Source: Candidatus Nomurabacteria bacterium
Lineage (GTDB): Bacteria > Patescibacteriota > Minisyncoccia > Phycocordibacterales > UBA9973
DNA length: 64,000 nucleotides
Assembly (NCBI GenBank): GCA_020631955.1
Contig: JACKGL010000002.1
Span: forward strand, 141,860 to 205,859
Direction of reading: 5' to 3'
The notes under the pieces were generated by a model. The model did not search any database. It worked only from the letters and a program-made list of their open reading frames with translations, and was not told where the DNA came from. Positions 8,144 through 17,010 of this stretch are shown piece by piece. The stretch's first letter is position 1, and each line of letters starts with the position of its first letter. The translations under genes and the position numbers were made by a program.

Positions 8144-10432
8144 ATGAAAAATATTATAAAAACAATAAAAATATTTGCTCTTGTAGCTGTATTTCTAGGA
8201 GGTGCTTTCACTGCTTTTGCAGCTGATACAACACTAAATCAACACCCTTCAGACCTACCTACATTTAGAGTAAGAAACCACACAGACCTAGGTCCTTGTA
8301 CTACTTCATGTTCATGGGCTTCTTCTACCAACGCTGACGCTGGTGAGATAGTTTCTGTTATTATTTATTATCACAACTCAGGTGACGCTATCGCCCAAGA
8401 CGTAACACTTAAGATAGGTGGTACATCAGGTGGTACTACTGGTAGCGCTACTACACACGTACTTTCTGGTACAGTAGATGCAGACAACGCATCTCCTGCA
8501 ACAGGAAGCGCTACTATATATCTATCGTCTTCACAGACTCTTACATATATAGATAACTCACTTATATATTATCCTGACCAAGGTGATGTGTACTACACAC
8601 TACCTGACGCCAACCTTTTCTCTACTGGTGTAGATATAGGTGACTTGGGTATTGGTTGGTACAACCAAGGAACAGCAGTAGCTAAGTTCCAAGTAAGTAA
8701 CGTTACTACTCCTACAGTGTATGCTTGTAACGACGGTATAGACAACGATGGTGACGGACTTACTGACTATCCAGCAGACCCAGGATGTTATTCTTCTTCA
8801 GATACTGATGAATACAACTACACAGGTGGTGCTGGTAGTGCTCCAGTAGTAGACACTCTTTCAGCTACAGATGTAGATGAAGATAGTGCTACTCTAAGAG
8901 GTAACCTTATCTCTACAGGTGGATATACTTCTACTGTGTACTTCAAGATAAGTGACAACGGCTGTTCTTCGTTTGACGCCACAACTTCTTCTAGCTCTCT
9001 ATCTTATCCTGCATCATTTTCTGTACACTTCTCTGGTCTAGAGTCAGATACAGAATATTGTTATCGTGCATATGCTTCTAACGCATACGGACTAGATGAA
9101 GGACCAAAGATTTACTTCACTACAGATGATAACAACAACGGAAACTTTGATGTTACTACTGACTCAGCTACAAATATACAAGACGACAGAGCTACACTTC
9201 GTGGAGAAGTAGAAGCTGGTGACTATGATGTAGATGATTGTTGGTTTGAATGGGGACTAGATGACCATGTGTCTGATCTAGACGAAACAGAAAACGTAAA
9301 CTGTAGTGTAAACGACGGTGATACAGAGGACTTCGACGAAGTTATCACAGGTCTAGACGCTGATGAAACATATTACTTCCGTTTTTGTGCAGAAGATAAT
9401 GATGGTGAAGAACAATGTGGATCTATCAGAAGCTTTAGAACAGATGACAACGGAACAAACTTCTCACCTTCAGGTAGAGCAAACATCATCACTACTATAG
9501 CTACTGAAGTAACAGGTTCATCTGCAAAACTAAACGGTCTTATGACAGAATCAGGAGACAGCTATACATATGGATACTTCGAATGGGGTACTTCTACAGC
9601 ACTGTCTTCTCGTACAGCAGATATATCACTAGGTGATACAAACAATGATATCGCTTTTGGTAACTTTGTTATCAACCTTTCACCAAACACTCTATATTAC
9701 TTCCGCGCTTGTGGAAGAAACGAAGGAGGTGTGGACTGTGGAGATATACTTTCATTCCGTACATTATCTGGTGGTTCATTTACTTATACTGTACCTACTA
9801 CCACAACAACAGTAACAAACATTTCTTCAGGTACAGGTGGAGACGCTAGAATAATGCTAGAAATAACTTCTCCTTATGAGAACGCTTGTCCTACAGATAT
9901 AAACGACTACACAGTAACTTACAAAAACATATCAGGTAGAGACTTGTCAGATGTAGTACTTAGAGTAACTCTTCCTGTGGGGGTAGACTTCCGTAGATCA
10001 AGCAAAGGAGAGTTTACAGCTTCTGACAACACTCTTACCCTAGAAATAGGAACACTAGAGAGAAATGAAGAAGGAGAAGTATCTATATCAGCTGATGTAA
10101 ACTACAAAGCAGTAAATGCTGGTGAAGATATACTTGTGACTACAGCAGTGATGGCTTATACATACGAAAGTACTCTAGGCCAAGAAGACGCTATAGCTTA
10201 CTACATACATGATGTAAACAACTGTAGAAACGGTAACACTCTTGGAGCCTTCGCACTGTTTGGTGGAGCTGGGTTCTTCCCATCTACACTACTAGGATGG
10301 CTACTACTTATACTAGTTATCATGGCTCTTATCTACGCAGGTAGAAGACTGAGCGAAGATGCTAGAGCAAGAAGAGGAGCTACTGTAGCACAAAGAAGTT
10401 CTACAAGATCAGTAGACGATCTCCCTTACTAA
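8144..10432 (+). CDS. Large surface-anchored repeat protein (signal peptide, repeated beta-rich modules, C-terminal TM anchor)
   Basis: 762 aa. It has a signal peptide, the Cys/Asp motif CNDGIDNDGDGLTDYPADPGC, several repeats ending in ...YYFR(F/A)C...CG...F(R)T, and a C-terminal TM helix followed by Arg-rich tail. Confidence 0.7.
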   Translation: MKNIIKTIKIFALVAVFLGGAFTAFAADTTLNQHPSDLPTFRVRNHTDLGPCTTSCSWASSTNADAGEIVSVIIYYHNSGDAIAQDVTLKIGGTSGGTTGSATTHVLSGTVDADNASPATGSATIYLSSSQTLTYIDNSLIYYPDQGDVYYTLPDANLFSTGVDIGDLGIGWYNQGTAVAKFQVSNVTTPTVYACNDGIDNDGDGLTDYPADPGCYSSSDTDEYNYTGGAGSAPVVDTLSATDVDEDSATLRGNLISTGGYTSTVYFKISDNGCSSFDATTSSSSLSYPASFSVHFSGLESDTEYCYRAYASNAYGLDEGPKIYFTTDDNNNGNFDVTTDSATNIQDDRATLRGEVEAGDYDVDDCWFEWGLDDHVSDLDETENVNCSVNDGDTEDFDEVITGLDADETYYFRFCAEDNDGEEQCGSIRSFRTDDNGTNFSPSGRANIITTIATEVTGSSAKLNGLMTESGDSYTYGYFEWGTSTALSSRTADISLGDTNNDIAFGNFVINLSPNTLYYFRACGRNEGGVDCGDILSFRTLSGGSFTYTVPTTTTTVTNISSGTGGDARIMLEITSPYENACPTDINDYTVTYKNISGRDLSDVVLRVTLPVGVDFRRSSKGEFTASDNTLTLEIGTLERNEEGEVSISADVNYKAVNAGEDILVTTAVMAYTYESTLGQEDAIAYYIHDVNNCRNGNTLGAFALFGGAGFFPSTLLGWLLLILVIMALIYAGRRLSEDARARRGATVAQRSSTRSVDDLPY

Positions 10433-10451
10433 TAAAAAAATAAACTAAAAC

Positions 10452-10483
10452 AAAAACCGCAGAAATGCGGTTTTTGTTTTTTT
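10452..10483 (+). terminator. Rho-independent terminator
   Basis: ACCGC-AGAAAT-GCGGT followed by a long T tract. Confidence 0.65.
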
Positions 10484-10499
10484 GATATATACTGTCCAT

Positions 10500-10934
10500 A
10501 TGCAATACCAGATGAATCTAGAAAACATAAAAGATGTGGCACAAAAAATCTTGTATGAAATACGAGAAAGGAAAGTGGACAAAAGAGCTACGGTACTAGC
10601 ACTAGAAGGAGACCTTGGTGCTGGTAAAACACACTTAACAAAAGAAATAGGAAATATTCTTGGTGTAGAAGAAGAAATAAACTCTCCGACTTTTGTCGTG
10701 ATGAAAATGTATGAGACTAAAGATAAGGACTTTTTGCACTTGGTGCACATAGATGCATATAGACTAGAAGAAAAAGATAAAGACAACCTAAAACTAGAAG
10801 AAATATTTTCTCGTGAAAACACTTTGGTAGTAGTAGAATGGCCGGAGATAATAAAAAACGTTCTTCCTGAGAACAGGATAAAAGTGAGTATACAACACTT
10901 AGAAGAGGAAGAGAGGTTGGTAAATATAGACTAA
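10500..10934 (+). CDS. tsaE: tRNA t6A37 biosynthesis ATPase TsaE
   Basis: GDLGAGKTHLTK P-loop, SPTFVVM, HIDAYRL. The start is moved to an internal Met because the track start overlaps the upstream terminator. Confidence 0.75.
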   Translation: MQYQMNLENIKDVAQKILYEIRERKVDKRATVLALEGDLGAGKTHLTKEIGNILGVEEEINSPTFVVMKMYETKDKDFLHLVHIDAYRLEEKDKDNLKLEEIFSRENTLVVVEWPEIIKNVLPENRIKVSIQHLEEEERLVNID

Positions 10935-10942
10935 TTCTCTCA

Positions 10943-10971
10943 TTGACTTTCGGGTATTTTCATGATATAAT
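10943..10971 (+). promoter_or_regulatory. Sigma70-type promoter (TTGACT-17-TATAAT with TGA extended -10)
   Basis: TTGACT at 10943..10948, 17-nt spacer, TATAAT at 10966..10971. Confidence 0.55.
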
Positions 10972-10987
10972 AAAAAGAAAAGCCATC

Positions 10988-11467
10988 ATGAAAATGAAAG
11001 TATTCCTTTCCATTTTTGCACTGATGCTCGGAATGAGCGTGAGTGCACAAAACGAACTTGTAAACCCCGTTCCAAAGACCGTAATGGTCATGGATGGGAA
11101 GATGTATACCGCTACGCCTGCGGAGGCGAAAGCAGAAAAAAGCCGCATCCAAAAAATTTACGGAGACGTAGTCATCTACGACTTCGTAGATTCACTCCAA
11201 AACGGAGTGATTGTGGCCGTATCGAAAAAGTACGAGGTGTCGTTTTTCTACCGTGGTTATACCACTAACTACATCTGGGAACAGGTGCTGGTAGTGGACC
11301 ATGTCATGGATTATGACATTAGTGAGGATGGTATCATTGTAAAAGTGAATCCACCAAAGTCCCCACCGCAGGTGGTGTGGCTCAAAGAAATTTCAGGTGA
11401 GTATTTGGTCGAAAGATCGGAATCGCCAGAGGAATACCGTCAAATGTGGGCGGAATTCTACAAATAA
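10988..11467 (+). CDS. Small secreted protein, unknown function (G+C-rich foreign gene)
   Basis: Signal peptide MKMKVFLSIFALMLGMSVSAQ. The hand-counted sample 11161..11220 is 50% G+C. Confidence 0.55.
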   Translation: MKMKVFLSIFALMLGMSVSAQNELVNPVPKTVMVMDGKMYTATPAEAKAEKSRIQKIYGDVVIYDFVDSLQNGVIVAVSKKYEVSFFYRGYTTNYIWEQVLVVDHVMDYDISEDGIIVKVNPPKSPPQVVWLKEISGEYLVERSESPEEYRQMWAEFYK

Positions 11468-11564
11468 TAGCCTTGGAAGGCTTTAGTTGACCGTCATCCA
11501 GTTTCTCTGGTGAAGGTTTTTTTATTTTCTTCACCCAAAGTCGCAAAAAGTGTATGATAGGGGT

Positions 11565-13931
11565 ATGGCAAAGAAATATTCCAAAAGATTGGTTGTACTA
11601 GATGCGCACGCTATCATCCACCGTGCTTATCACGCCCTTCCAGACTTCACTACAAGCAAAGGTATACCTACCGGTGCCTTGTACGGTATTTGTAATATGC
11701 TACTTAAAATAGAAGGAGAATTCCGACCAGACTATATAGTCGCAGCCTATGACCTACCAGGAGGGACCTTTAGACACGAGACTTTTTCTGATTACAAAGC
11801 AGGTAGAGGTAAAGCTGACGACGCACTGGTGAACCAGATGGAAAGATCTAAAGATATTTTCAAAGCATTTTCTATACCTATATATTCTCATCCTGGATTT
11901 GAAGCAGACGATATCATAGGAACGATAGCTGAAATTACAAAAAAAGATAAAGACCTCCAAGTGGTGATAGCTTCTGGGGATATGGATACACTTCAGCTAG
12001 TGGAAGGTGACAAAACCGTAGTCTATACATTTAAGAAAGGAATAAATGACACAGTAGTCTATGACGAAGATGCGGTGATGGAAAGATACAACTTTTCACC
12101 AGTAGAGCTTATCGACTACAAAGGTCTTCGAGGGGATCCTTCTGACAACATACCTGGTATAGCTGGTGTCGGAGAAAAAACTGCTACCATGCTCATATCA
12201 CATTTTCATACTATAGAAGAGATGTATAAAAAGCTAAAAAATGGTGAAGTGGGTGATATAAAACTTTCAGAAAAAATGAAAGAAAAAATATTGGAAGGAG
12301 AGAAAGAAGCTTTGTTTTCAAAAGAGCTGGCGACTATAAGAAAAGACGCTCCTATAGAATTTACTTTACCTGATCAAAAGTTTAGAGACAGGTTGGACTT
12401 TGAAAAGATAGACAAGCTTTTTGCCGAGCTGGAGTTTAAGAGTTTGCGGACAAAAGTAAAAAGTATTTTCTCTATTGAAGAAGCTATAAATACCAAGCCA
12501 AAAGAGATACTTACAGTAGATAAGGAAGAAGTAGAAAAGCTCAAACTCGGACTTTGGGTGCTAGATTCCAACCGTACTCATATAGAAGATGACGAAGTTC
12601 TTAGTATAGCCAAAGCTAAAGACTTTAAAGAAGCAGAAAAAAATATTATTGAAAGTATAAATAAAGATGAACTAAGTTTTGTTTATGATGATATAGAACT
12701 GCCTATCATGCCGATAATAAAAGGCATGCAAGACAGAGGTATATCGCTTGACGTGAAGTTTTTGGAAAAAAAAGCTAAAGAGTATAGAAAAATACTGGAA
12801 GGAATAGAGAGGCAAATATATAAACACTCTAAAGAGGAGTTTAATATTAATTCACCAAAACAACTAGGGGAAATACTATATGACAAACTAGGCATCAAAC
12901 CAGAAACAGGAAAAATAAAAAAGACAGCGGGAGGAGCCAGATCTACTAGAGAGTCAGAACTTCAAAAAATGAAAGGTCAACATTCTATAATAGAAGAAAT
13001 ACTCAAATACAGAGAACTAGAAAAGATCACCAACACATATGTGGAGGCGTTGCCGAAATACGTGGCAGAAGATGGCAAACTAAGAGCCAACTTCAACCAA
13101 CGTGGTACTACCACAGGAAGATTTTCATCTGACAACCCAAATCTACAAAACCTTCCTATAAAAAGTGAATACGGAAAAGATATACGCAAAGCTTTTGTGG
13201 CGAGTCCAGGATACAAACTAGTCTCTATAGACTATTCTCAAATAGAGCTCCGAGTAGCAGCTCTTCTTTCTCAAGATGAATATTTTATTGACGTGTTTTT
13301 ACAAAGAGGAGATATACACCATGCTGTAGCCAAAAAAGTATTTGGAGTAGACGACGCTGGGGTGACAAAAAACATGCGTAGAGAAGCGAAGGTTATCAAC
13401 TTTGGAATACTTTACGGTATGGGAGTAAATGCTCTTAAGGAAAACCTAGGGTCTACTAGGAGTGAGGCGGCAGAATTTCACGAGAATTATTTTAAACAAT
13501 TTCCTAGCATCAAATCTTATCTAGACAGTGTAGAGAATTTTGCTATCAGGAACGGATACACCAAAACTCTTTTTGGTAGGAGAAGATATTTCCCAGACAT
13601 AAGGTCACGTATACCCTATATAGCAGCTCAAGCAAAAAGAATGGCTATCAACGCACCAATACAAGGTACAGCTACGGCAGACATCATCAAACTAGCGATA
13701 AAAGATGTGAACACTCTTATAAATAAAGAAAAATGGCAAGATAAAGCCTATCTTATCATGCAGGTTCACGACGAGCTCGTGTATGAGGTGAGGGAAGATA
13801 TAACTGACGAATTTATCAAAAAGGTGGTTCCTGTGATGGAAGAAGTGATACCAGAGGAGTTTGTAAAAGGTATGAAAACAGTGCCTCTTAAGGTGGATTA
13901 TGTGGTCGGAACCAGCTTGGATAAAATATAA
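11565..13931 (+). CDS. polA: DNA polymerase I (5'-3' exonuclease plus polymerase domains)
   Basis: N-terminal LVVLDAHAIIHRAYHALP, polymerase motifs DYSQIELRVAA and QVHDELV. The start is taken at MAKKYSKR. Confidence 0.9.
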   Translation: MAKKYSKRLVVLDAHAIIHRAYHALPDFTTSKGIPTGALYGICNMLLKIEGEFRPDYIVAAYDLPGGTFRHETFSDYKAGRGKADDALVNQMERSKDIFKAFSIPIYSHPGFEADDIIGTIAEITKKDKDLQVVIASGDMDTLQLVEGDKTVVYTFKKGINDTVVYDEDAVMERYNFSPVELIDYKGLRGDPSDNIPGIAGVGEKTATMLISHFHTIEEMYKKLKNGEVGDIKLSEKMKEKILEGEKEALFSKELATIRKDAPIEFTLPDQKFRDRLDFEKIDKLFAELEFKSLRTKVKSIFSIEEAINTKPKEILTVDKEEVEKLKLGLWVLDSNRTHIEDDEVLSIAKAKDFKEAEKNIIESINKDELSFVYDDIELPIMPIIKGMQDRGISLDVKFLEKKAKEYRKILEGIERQIYKHSKEEFNINSPKQLGEILYDKLGIKPETGKIKKTAGGARSTRESELQKMKGQHSIIEEILKYRELEKITNTYVEALPKYVAEDGKLRANFNQRGTTTGRFSSDNPNLQNLPIKSEYGKDIRKAFVASPGYKLVSIDYSQIELRVAALLSQDEYFIDVFLQRGDIHHAVAKKVFGVDDAGVTKNMRREAKVINFGILYGMGVNALKENLGSTRSEAAEFHENYFKQFPSIKSYLDSVENFAIRNGYTKTLFGRRRYFPDIRSRIPYIAAQAKRMAINAPIQGTATADIIKLAIKDVNTLINKEKWQDKAYLIMQVHDELVYEVREDITDEFIKKVVPVMEEVIPEEFVKGMKTVPLKVDYVVGTSLDKI

Positions 13932-13967
13932 TCTTGACTAAAGAGCCAGAAAGAAGATAATAAAGAC

Positions 13968-14456
13968 ATGGATATAAAATCAATCTCAAGTGAAAATATC
14001 AACGCCATGAAGGTACATCAGATACTAGCTCATTCATACCTTATATATTTTGGTGTATTTGTTTTTGGGGTACTTTTGGACTTTTTCTTAGGAACTATGT
14101 TTTTTATGTTTCCAGGGCAGACATATGTAGGAGTAGTGTTGGTATGGATAGGTTCATATCTTCTATATTGGGCTCAAAAGACTTCACGGAGAACTCATAA
14201 AAAAAGAAACAGTGAAGAAAGAGTAGTGGCCGACTTTATGAGAGGTCCTTACAAATACACCAGGACTCCTTCACAATGGGGACTAATGATGATGGTACTT
14301 GGTTTTGGTCTTTTGGTTCAGTCTATGGTTGTCGTAGTGTTAGCTGTGATTGTTTTTATTTTAATGAAACTTACTTTCATAAGAAAAGAAGAAAACAGAC
14401 TTTACCAAAAGTATGGTGAAGTATATATGCAATATAAAAAAACAGTAAGGTGCTAA
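13968..14456 (+). CDS. Membrane protein, ICMT/phospholipid-methyltransferase-like
   Basis: Four predicted TM helices. GPYKYTRTPSQWG resembles the GPYxxxRHPxYxG motif of the family. Confidence 0.45.
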   Translation: MDIKSISSENINAMKVHQILAHSYLIYFGVFVFGVLLDFFLGTMFFMFPGQTYVGVVLVWIGSYLLYWAQKTSRRTHKKRNSEERVVADFMRGPYKYTRTPSQWGLMMMVLGFGLLVQSMVVVVLAVIVFILMKLTFIRKEENRLYQKYGEVYMQYKKTVRC

Positions 14457-14457
14457 C

Positions 14458-15111
14458 ATGATATATCTTGTAGTAGGTGAAGACAGAAAAACTGTAAAAA
14501 AAGAAACACAGCTTCTTATAAAAAACCAAATGAGTAAGAAGAATCTTTTTGAAGTCTTGGAAGGTGGAGATATATCTTTTCAAAAACTATCAGACATGGC
14601 ACTCTCCTCACAATCACTCTTTGGTGAAGATAGTAGCGTTATAGTAAAAGATTTTACTGAGTCTTTTGATTGGGAGAAGATAAAAAAGAACTTAAAAATA
14701 TTTCAGGACTCAGAAACCAAGTTCTTTTTTGTAGAGTCTTCACTTAACAAAACTGATATTTCTTTGTTTGAAAAAATAAAAGCAAATATAAAAAATATTG
14801 AAAATAAAAAAAGTGTAAAAGAAGTAAAAAAGAATCCGTTTCTCATAACTAACTATTTTGAAAAAAAAGATGTGATCAATACTTGGAAAATTTTTCTAAC
14901 AGAAGTAGACCAAGGAGAAGGGTATTATAGTATAGGAGCTAGAATAAGTTGGAAGATAAGAGATATGATATCTAAAAAAAGTTTTACCAAATGGACAAAA
15001 GACGAACTGGTAGAATTTTCTAACAATCTTATATCTATAGAGTCTGAAAAAAGAAATGCAGGGGTTCCTATGGAAATAGAACTCGAAAGATTGATACTAA
15101 ATATAAAATAA
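14458..15111 (+). CDS. Possible DNA polymerase III delta subunit (HolA-like, short)
   Basis: The N-terminus MIYLVVGEDRKTVKKE resembles the HolA start; similarity is weak otherwise. Confidence 0.35.
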   Translation: MIYLVVGEDRKTVKKETQLLIKNQMSKKNLFEVLEGGDISFQKLSDMALSSQSLFGEDSSVIVKDFTESFDWEKIKKNLKIFQDSETKFFFVESSLNKTDISLFEKIKANIKNIENKKSVKEVKKNPFLITNYFEKKDVINTWKIFLTEVDQGEGYYSIGARISWKIRDMISKKSFTKWTKDELVEFSNNLISIESEKRNAGVPMEIELERLILNIK

Positions 15112-15360
15112 AAAATAGAAAAATAAAAAAGAGGCCACGCACATGATATCGACACTCGTCAAAAGCATATGTGTGGCCTCTTGCCTTCTTAAATACGTAT
15201 TTATTCAACGCTAGATGCGTTATTAAAAGAACTATAAATTGTTAAACATCCCCCTGATTTAATGCCTACACAATTTTGTGCTTGAAAAAATCTCCAATGT
15301 TTTTACCCTTAAGGCGGGTGACCTTCTGGAACTTTTCAAGGACTTTATTTGTTTTTATTA
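15112..15360 (-). ncRNA. Candidate small RNA ending in a 16-bp hairpin terminator
   Basis: No ORF on the minus strand. The hairpin AAGAGGCCACGCACAT...ATGTGTGGCCTCTT (15129..15182) is followed on the minus strand by a long T tract. A weak TTGCAA promoter-like box lies at 15378..15383. Confidence 0.2.
15129..15182 (-). terminator. Strong hairpin terminator (T tract on the minus strand; may also stop the plus-strand holA-like gene)
   Basis: The 10-bp and 5-bp helices are separated by a G.T pair, with a 20-nt loop. The plus-strand A-run at 15115..15130 is the minus-strand T tract. Confidence 0.55.
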
Positions 15361-15428
15361 TATACTATTTTTTCCTTTTGCAATACTTCTTCTGTGGAAA
15401 AACGCAGACCGGAGCCTGCGTTTTTATC

Positions 15429-15572
15429 TTAAAGCAGGTGTTCTTCCTGCTCTGCCAGCTCTTCTATAGCATAGAAGAAGGCATGCCAGGCATTGTCCTG
15501 CCAATTTTCATTTTCTTTATCCCAGATATCCTGCCAGAATTCTGCGATACTGTTTTGGGTTATGGTGTACAT
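15429..15572 (-). CDS. 47-aa acidic Trp-rich micro-protein (hypothetical)
   Basis: Below the track's size cutoff. Manual translation: MYTITQNSIAEFWQDIWDKENENWQDNAWHAFFYAIEELAEQEEHLL. TATAAT-like box upstream, hairpin AACGCAG-N-CTGCGTT downstream, locally G+C-richer. Confidence 0.3.
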   Translation of the reverse strand: MYTITQNSIAEFWQDIWDKENENWQDNAWHAFFYAIEELAEQEEHLL

Positions 15573-15664
15573 AGGCTCGGTTTTTTATGATTATATAATA
15601 TAGAAGGGTAGAATGTGCTTGATACTTTTGTAGATCTGTGTTAATTTATTGTGTACTAAATCAT

Positions 15665-15737
15665 CCGCCCGTAGCTCAGTTGGTAGAGCAGCTCCCTTTT
15701 AAGGAGATGGTCGTAGGTTCGAATCCTACCGGGCGGA
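15665..15737 (+). tRNA. tRNA-Lys (anticodon UUU)
   Basis: Manual cloverleaf: acceptor CCGCCCG/CGGGCGG, anticodon loop CTTTTAA, T arm GTAGG-TTCGAAT-CCTAC. 73 nt, no encoded CCA. Confidence 0.9.
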
Positions 15738-15749
15738 CACGAACAAAAA

Positions 15750-15772
15750 ACACTCCCTGCGGAGTGTTTTTT
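15750..15772 (+). terminator. Rho-independent terminator after tRNA-Lys
   Basis: ACACTCC-CTGC-GGAGTGT followed by TTTTTT. Confidence 0.65.
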
Positions 15773-15776
15773 GCAT
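15760..15776 (+). repeat. 17-bp direct repeat, copy 1 (CGGAGTGTTTTTTGCAT)
   Basis: Identical to 15900..15916. This copy is the 3' half of the tRNA-Lys terminator. Confidence 0.8.
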
Positions 15777-15899
15777 CATGTCCGAGCCGGAGCAATGTTT
15801 TTGTTTTAAACGAAGCGAGAAGGCAAAAACTGCGAGGCGGGCCCGCGAGATTTTTTCGTCAGAAAAAATACTTGTGGGGACACAAGGACAAAATACCTA

Positions 15900-15916
15900 C
15901 GGAGTGTTTTTTGCAT
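15900..15916 (+). repeat. 17-bp direct repeat, copy 2 (CGGAGTGTTTTTTGCAT)
   Basis: Identical to 15760..15776 but lacks the 5' half of the hairpin. Confidence 0.8.
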
Positions 15917-15945
15917 TGTGCCCTAGTGTGGGTTAGTATTCTAGT

Positions 15946-16425
15946 ATGAAAACAATAAGAGCTTTGTTCCACAATATTCGCAGTGCACACAATATAGGTG
16001 CTATGCTTCGTAGTGCTGATGGTGTGGGTATAAAAGAGGTGTATGTATCTAAAATAGTCCCACTTCCTACTGACAGGTTTGGTAGAGCTCAACCAGAGAT
16101 ATCTAAGACAGCACTTGGTGCAGAAAAGGATATAAAGATAAACGTGTACGAAGATTTTTCTTCTCAAATAAAAAGTCTCAAAGAAGAAGGATTTAAAATA
16201 GTCTTCGTTGAACAATACCCTTCATCTGTAAAATACACAGACATTCATTTTTCTAAAGAAGAAAAAATTCTCATTTGTATGGGAGAGGAAACAAAAGGTT
16301 TTACAGAGGAAGAGATATCTTTAGCAGATGTCATAGTAGAAATACCGATGAAAGGGAATAAAGAGTCGCTCAATGTAGCTACCACTTTTGGTATCATATC
16401 TTTTGCTATACGAGACTTTATCTAA
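15946..16425 (+). CDS. SpoU/TrmH family RNA 2'-O-methyltransferase
   Basis: 159 aa with NIGAMLRSADGVG and C-terminal SLNVATTFGI motifs of the SPOUT fold. Confidence 0.75.
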   Translation: MKTIRALFHNIRSAHNIGAMLRSADGVGIKEVYVSKIVPLPTDRFGRAQPEISKTALGAEKDIKINVYEDFSSQIKSLKEEGFKIVFVEQYPSSVKYTDIHFSKEEKILICMGEETKGFTEEEISLADVIVEIPMKGNKESLNVATTFGIISFAIRDFI

Positions 16426-16996
16426 AGTCTACTGTTCTAGCTATATCAAAAAGTATATTTTGATTTGTTTCTGTCAGGTTGTTGCCATATAGCAAGAGGT
16501 TTTCTCTTGCACCTCTATCTATAAAGACCTCTGTTCTCGTGCCATATATACTTGCAGGTTTTACGTATGTTGTATCAAAGCCATCTATTTCACCATCGGC
16601 AAATATGTATTTAGTATCGGTATCTTTTATTGTTTTTTCTACTAGTGTTCCAAAATCAAACGTATAAGTGACACTACCATTGGTCAGCTCTCCTGAAAAG
16701 GTGTTTACACCTGAGAGCTCGTTGTATGAGAAATCACTAGGCATATAAAATGAAAAGTAAAATGTATCATATCTTATCCATCCTGGAGGGTAAGATGCGG
16801 CTTCTAAAGTAGTTTCTGGTCCACCTACAGTAGGGCCGTAGACTATACTCTCATCGTCTATGTCTTGTCTTGGTGTGATGAAAGCTGCTGTGCCTTGCTC
16901 TTTTACTCTTTGTACACCTCCAGTGATAAACCAAAGTATCCATATCACTATTAGTATAAGTATTAAAAATCTAAAATCTCTAAATTCGCTAGCCAT
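16418..16996 (-). CDS. Membrane-anchored exported protein, unknown function
   Basis: 192 aa with an N-terminal TM helix (FLILILIVIWILWFITGG). Confidence 0.5.
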   Translation of the reverse strand: MASEFRDFRFLILILIVIWILWFITGGVQRVKEQGTAAFITPRQDIDDESIVYGPTVGGPETTLEAASYPPGWIRYDTFYFSFYMPSDFSYNELSGVNTFSGELTNGSVTYTFDFGTLVEKTIKDTDTKYIFADGEIDGFDTTYVKPASIYGTRTEVFIDRGARENLLLYGNNLTETNQNILFDIARTVDFR

Positions 16997-17010
16997 ATAT
17001 TATATGGTAT

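Noticed and set aside
15638-15949. 103-aa ORF overlapping tRNA-Lys.
   Set aside because: It translates straight through the tRNA (PVAQLVEQLPFKEMVVGSNPTGR is the tRNA read as protein) and through the repeat-flanked insert.
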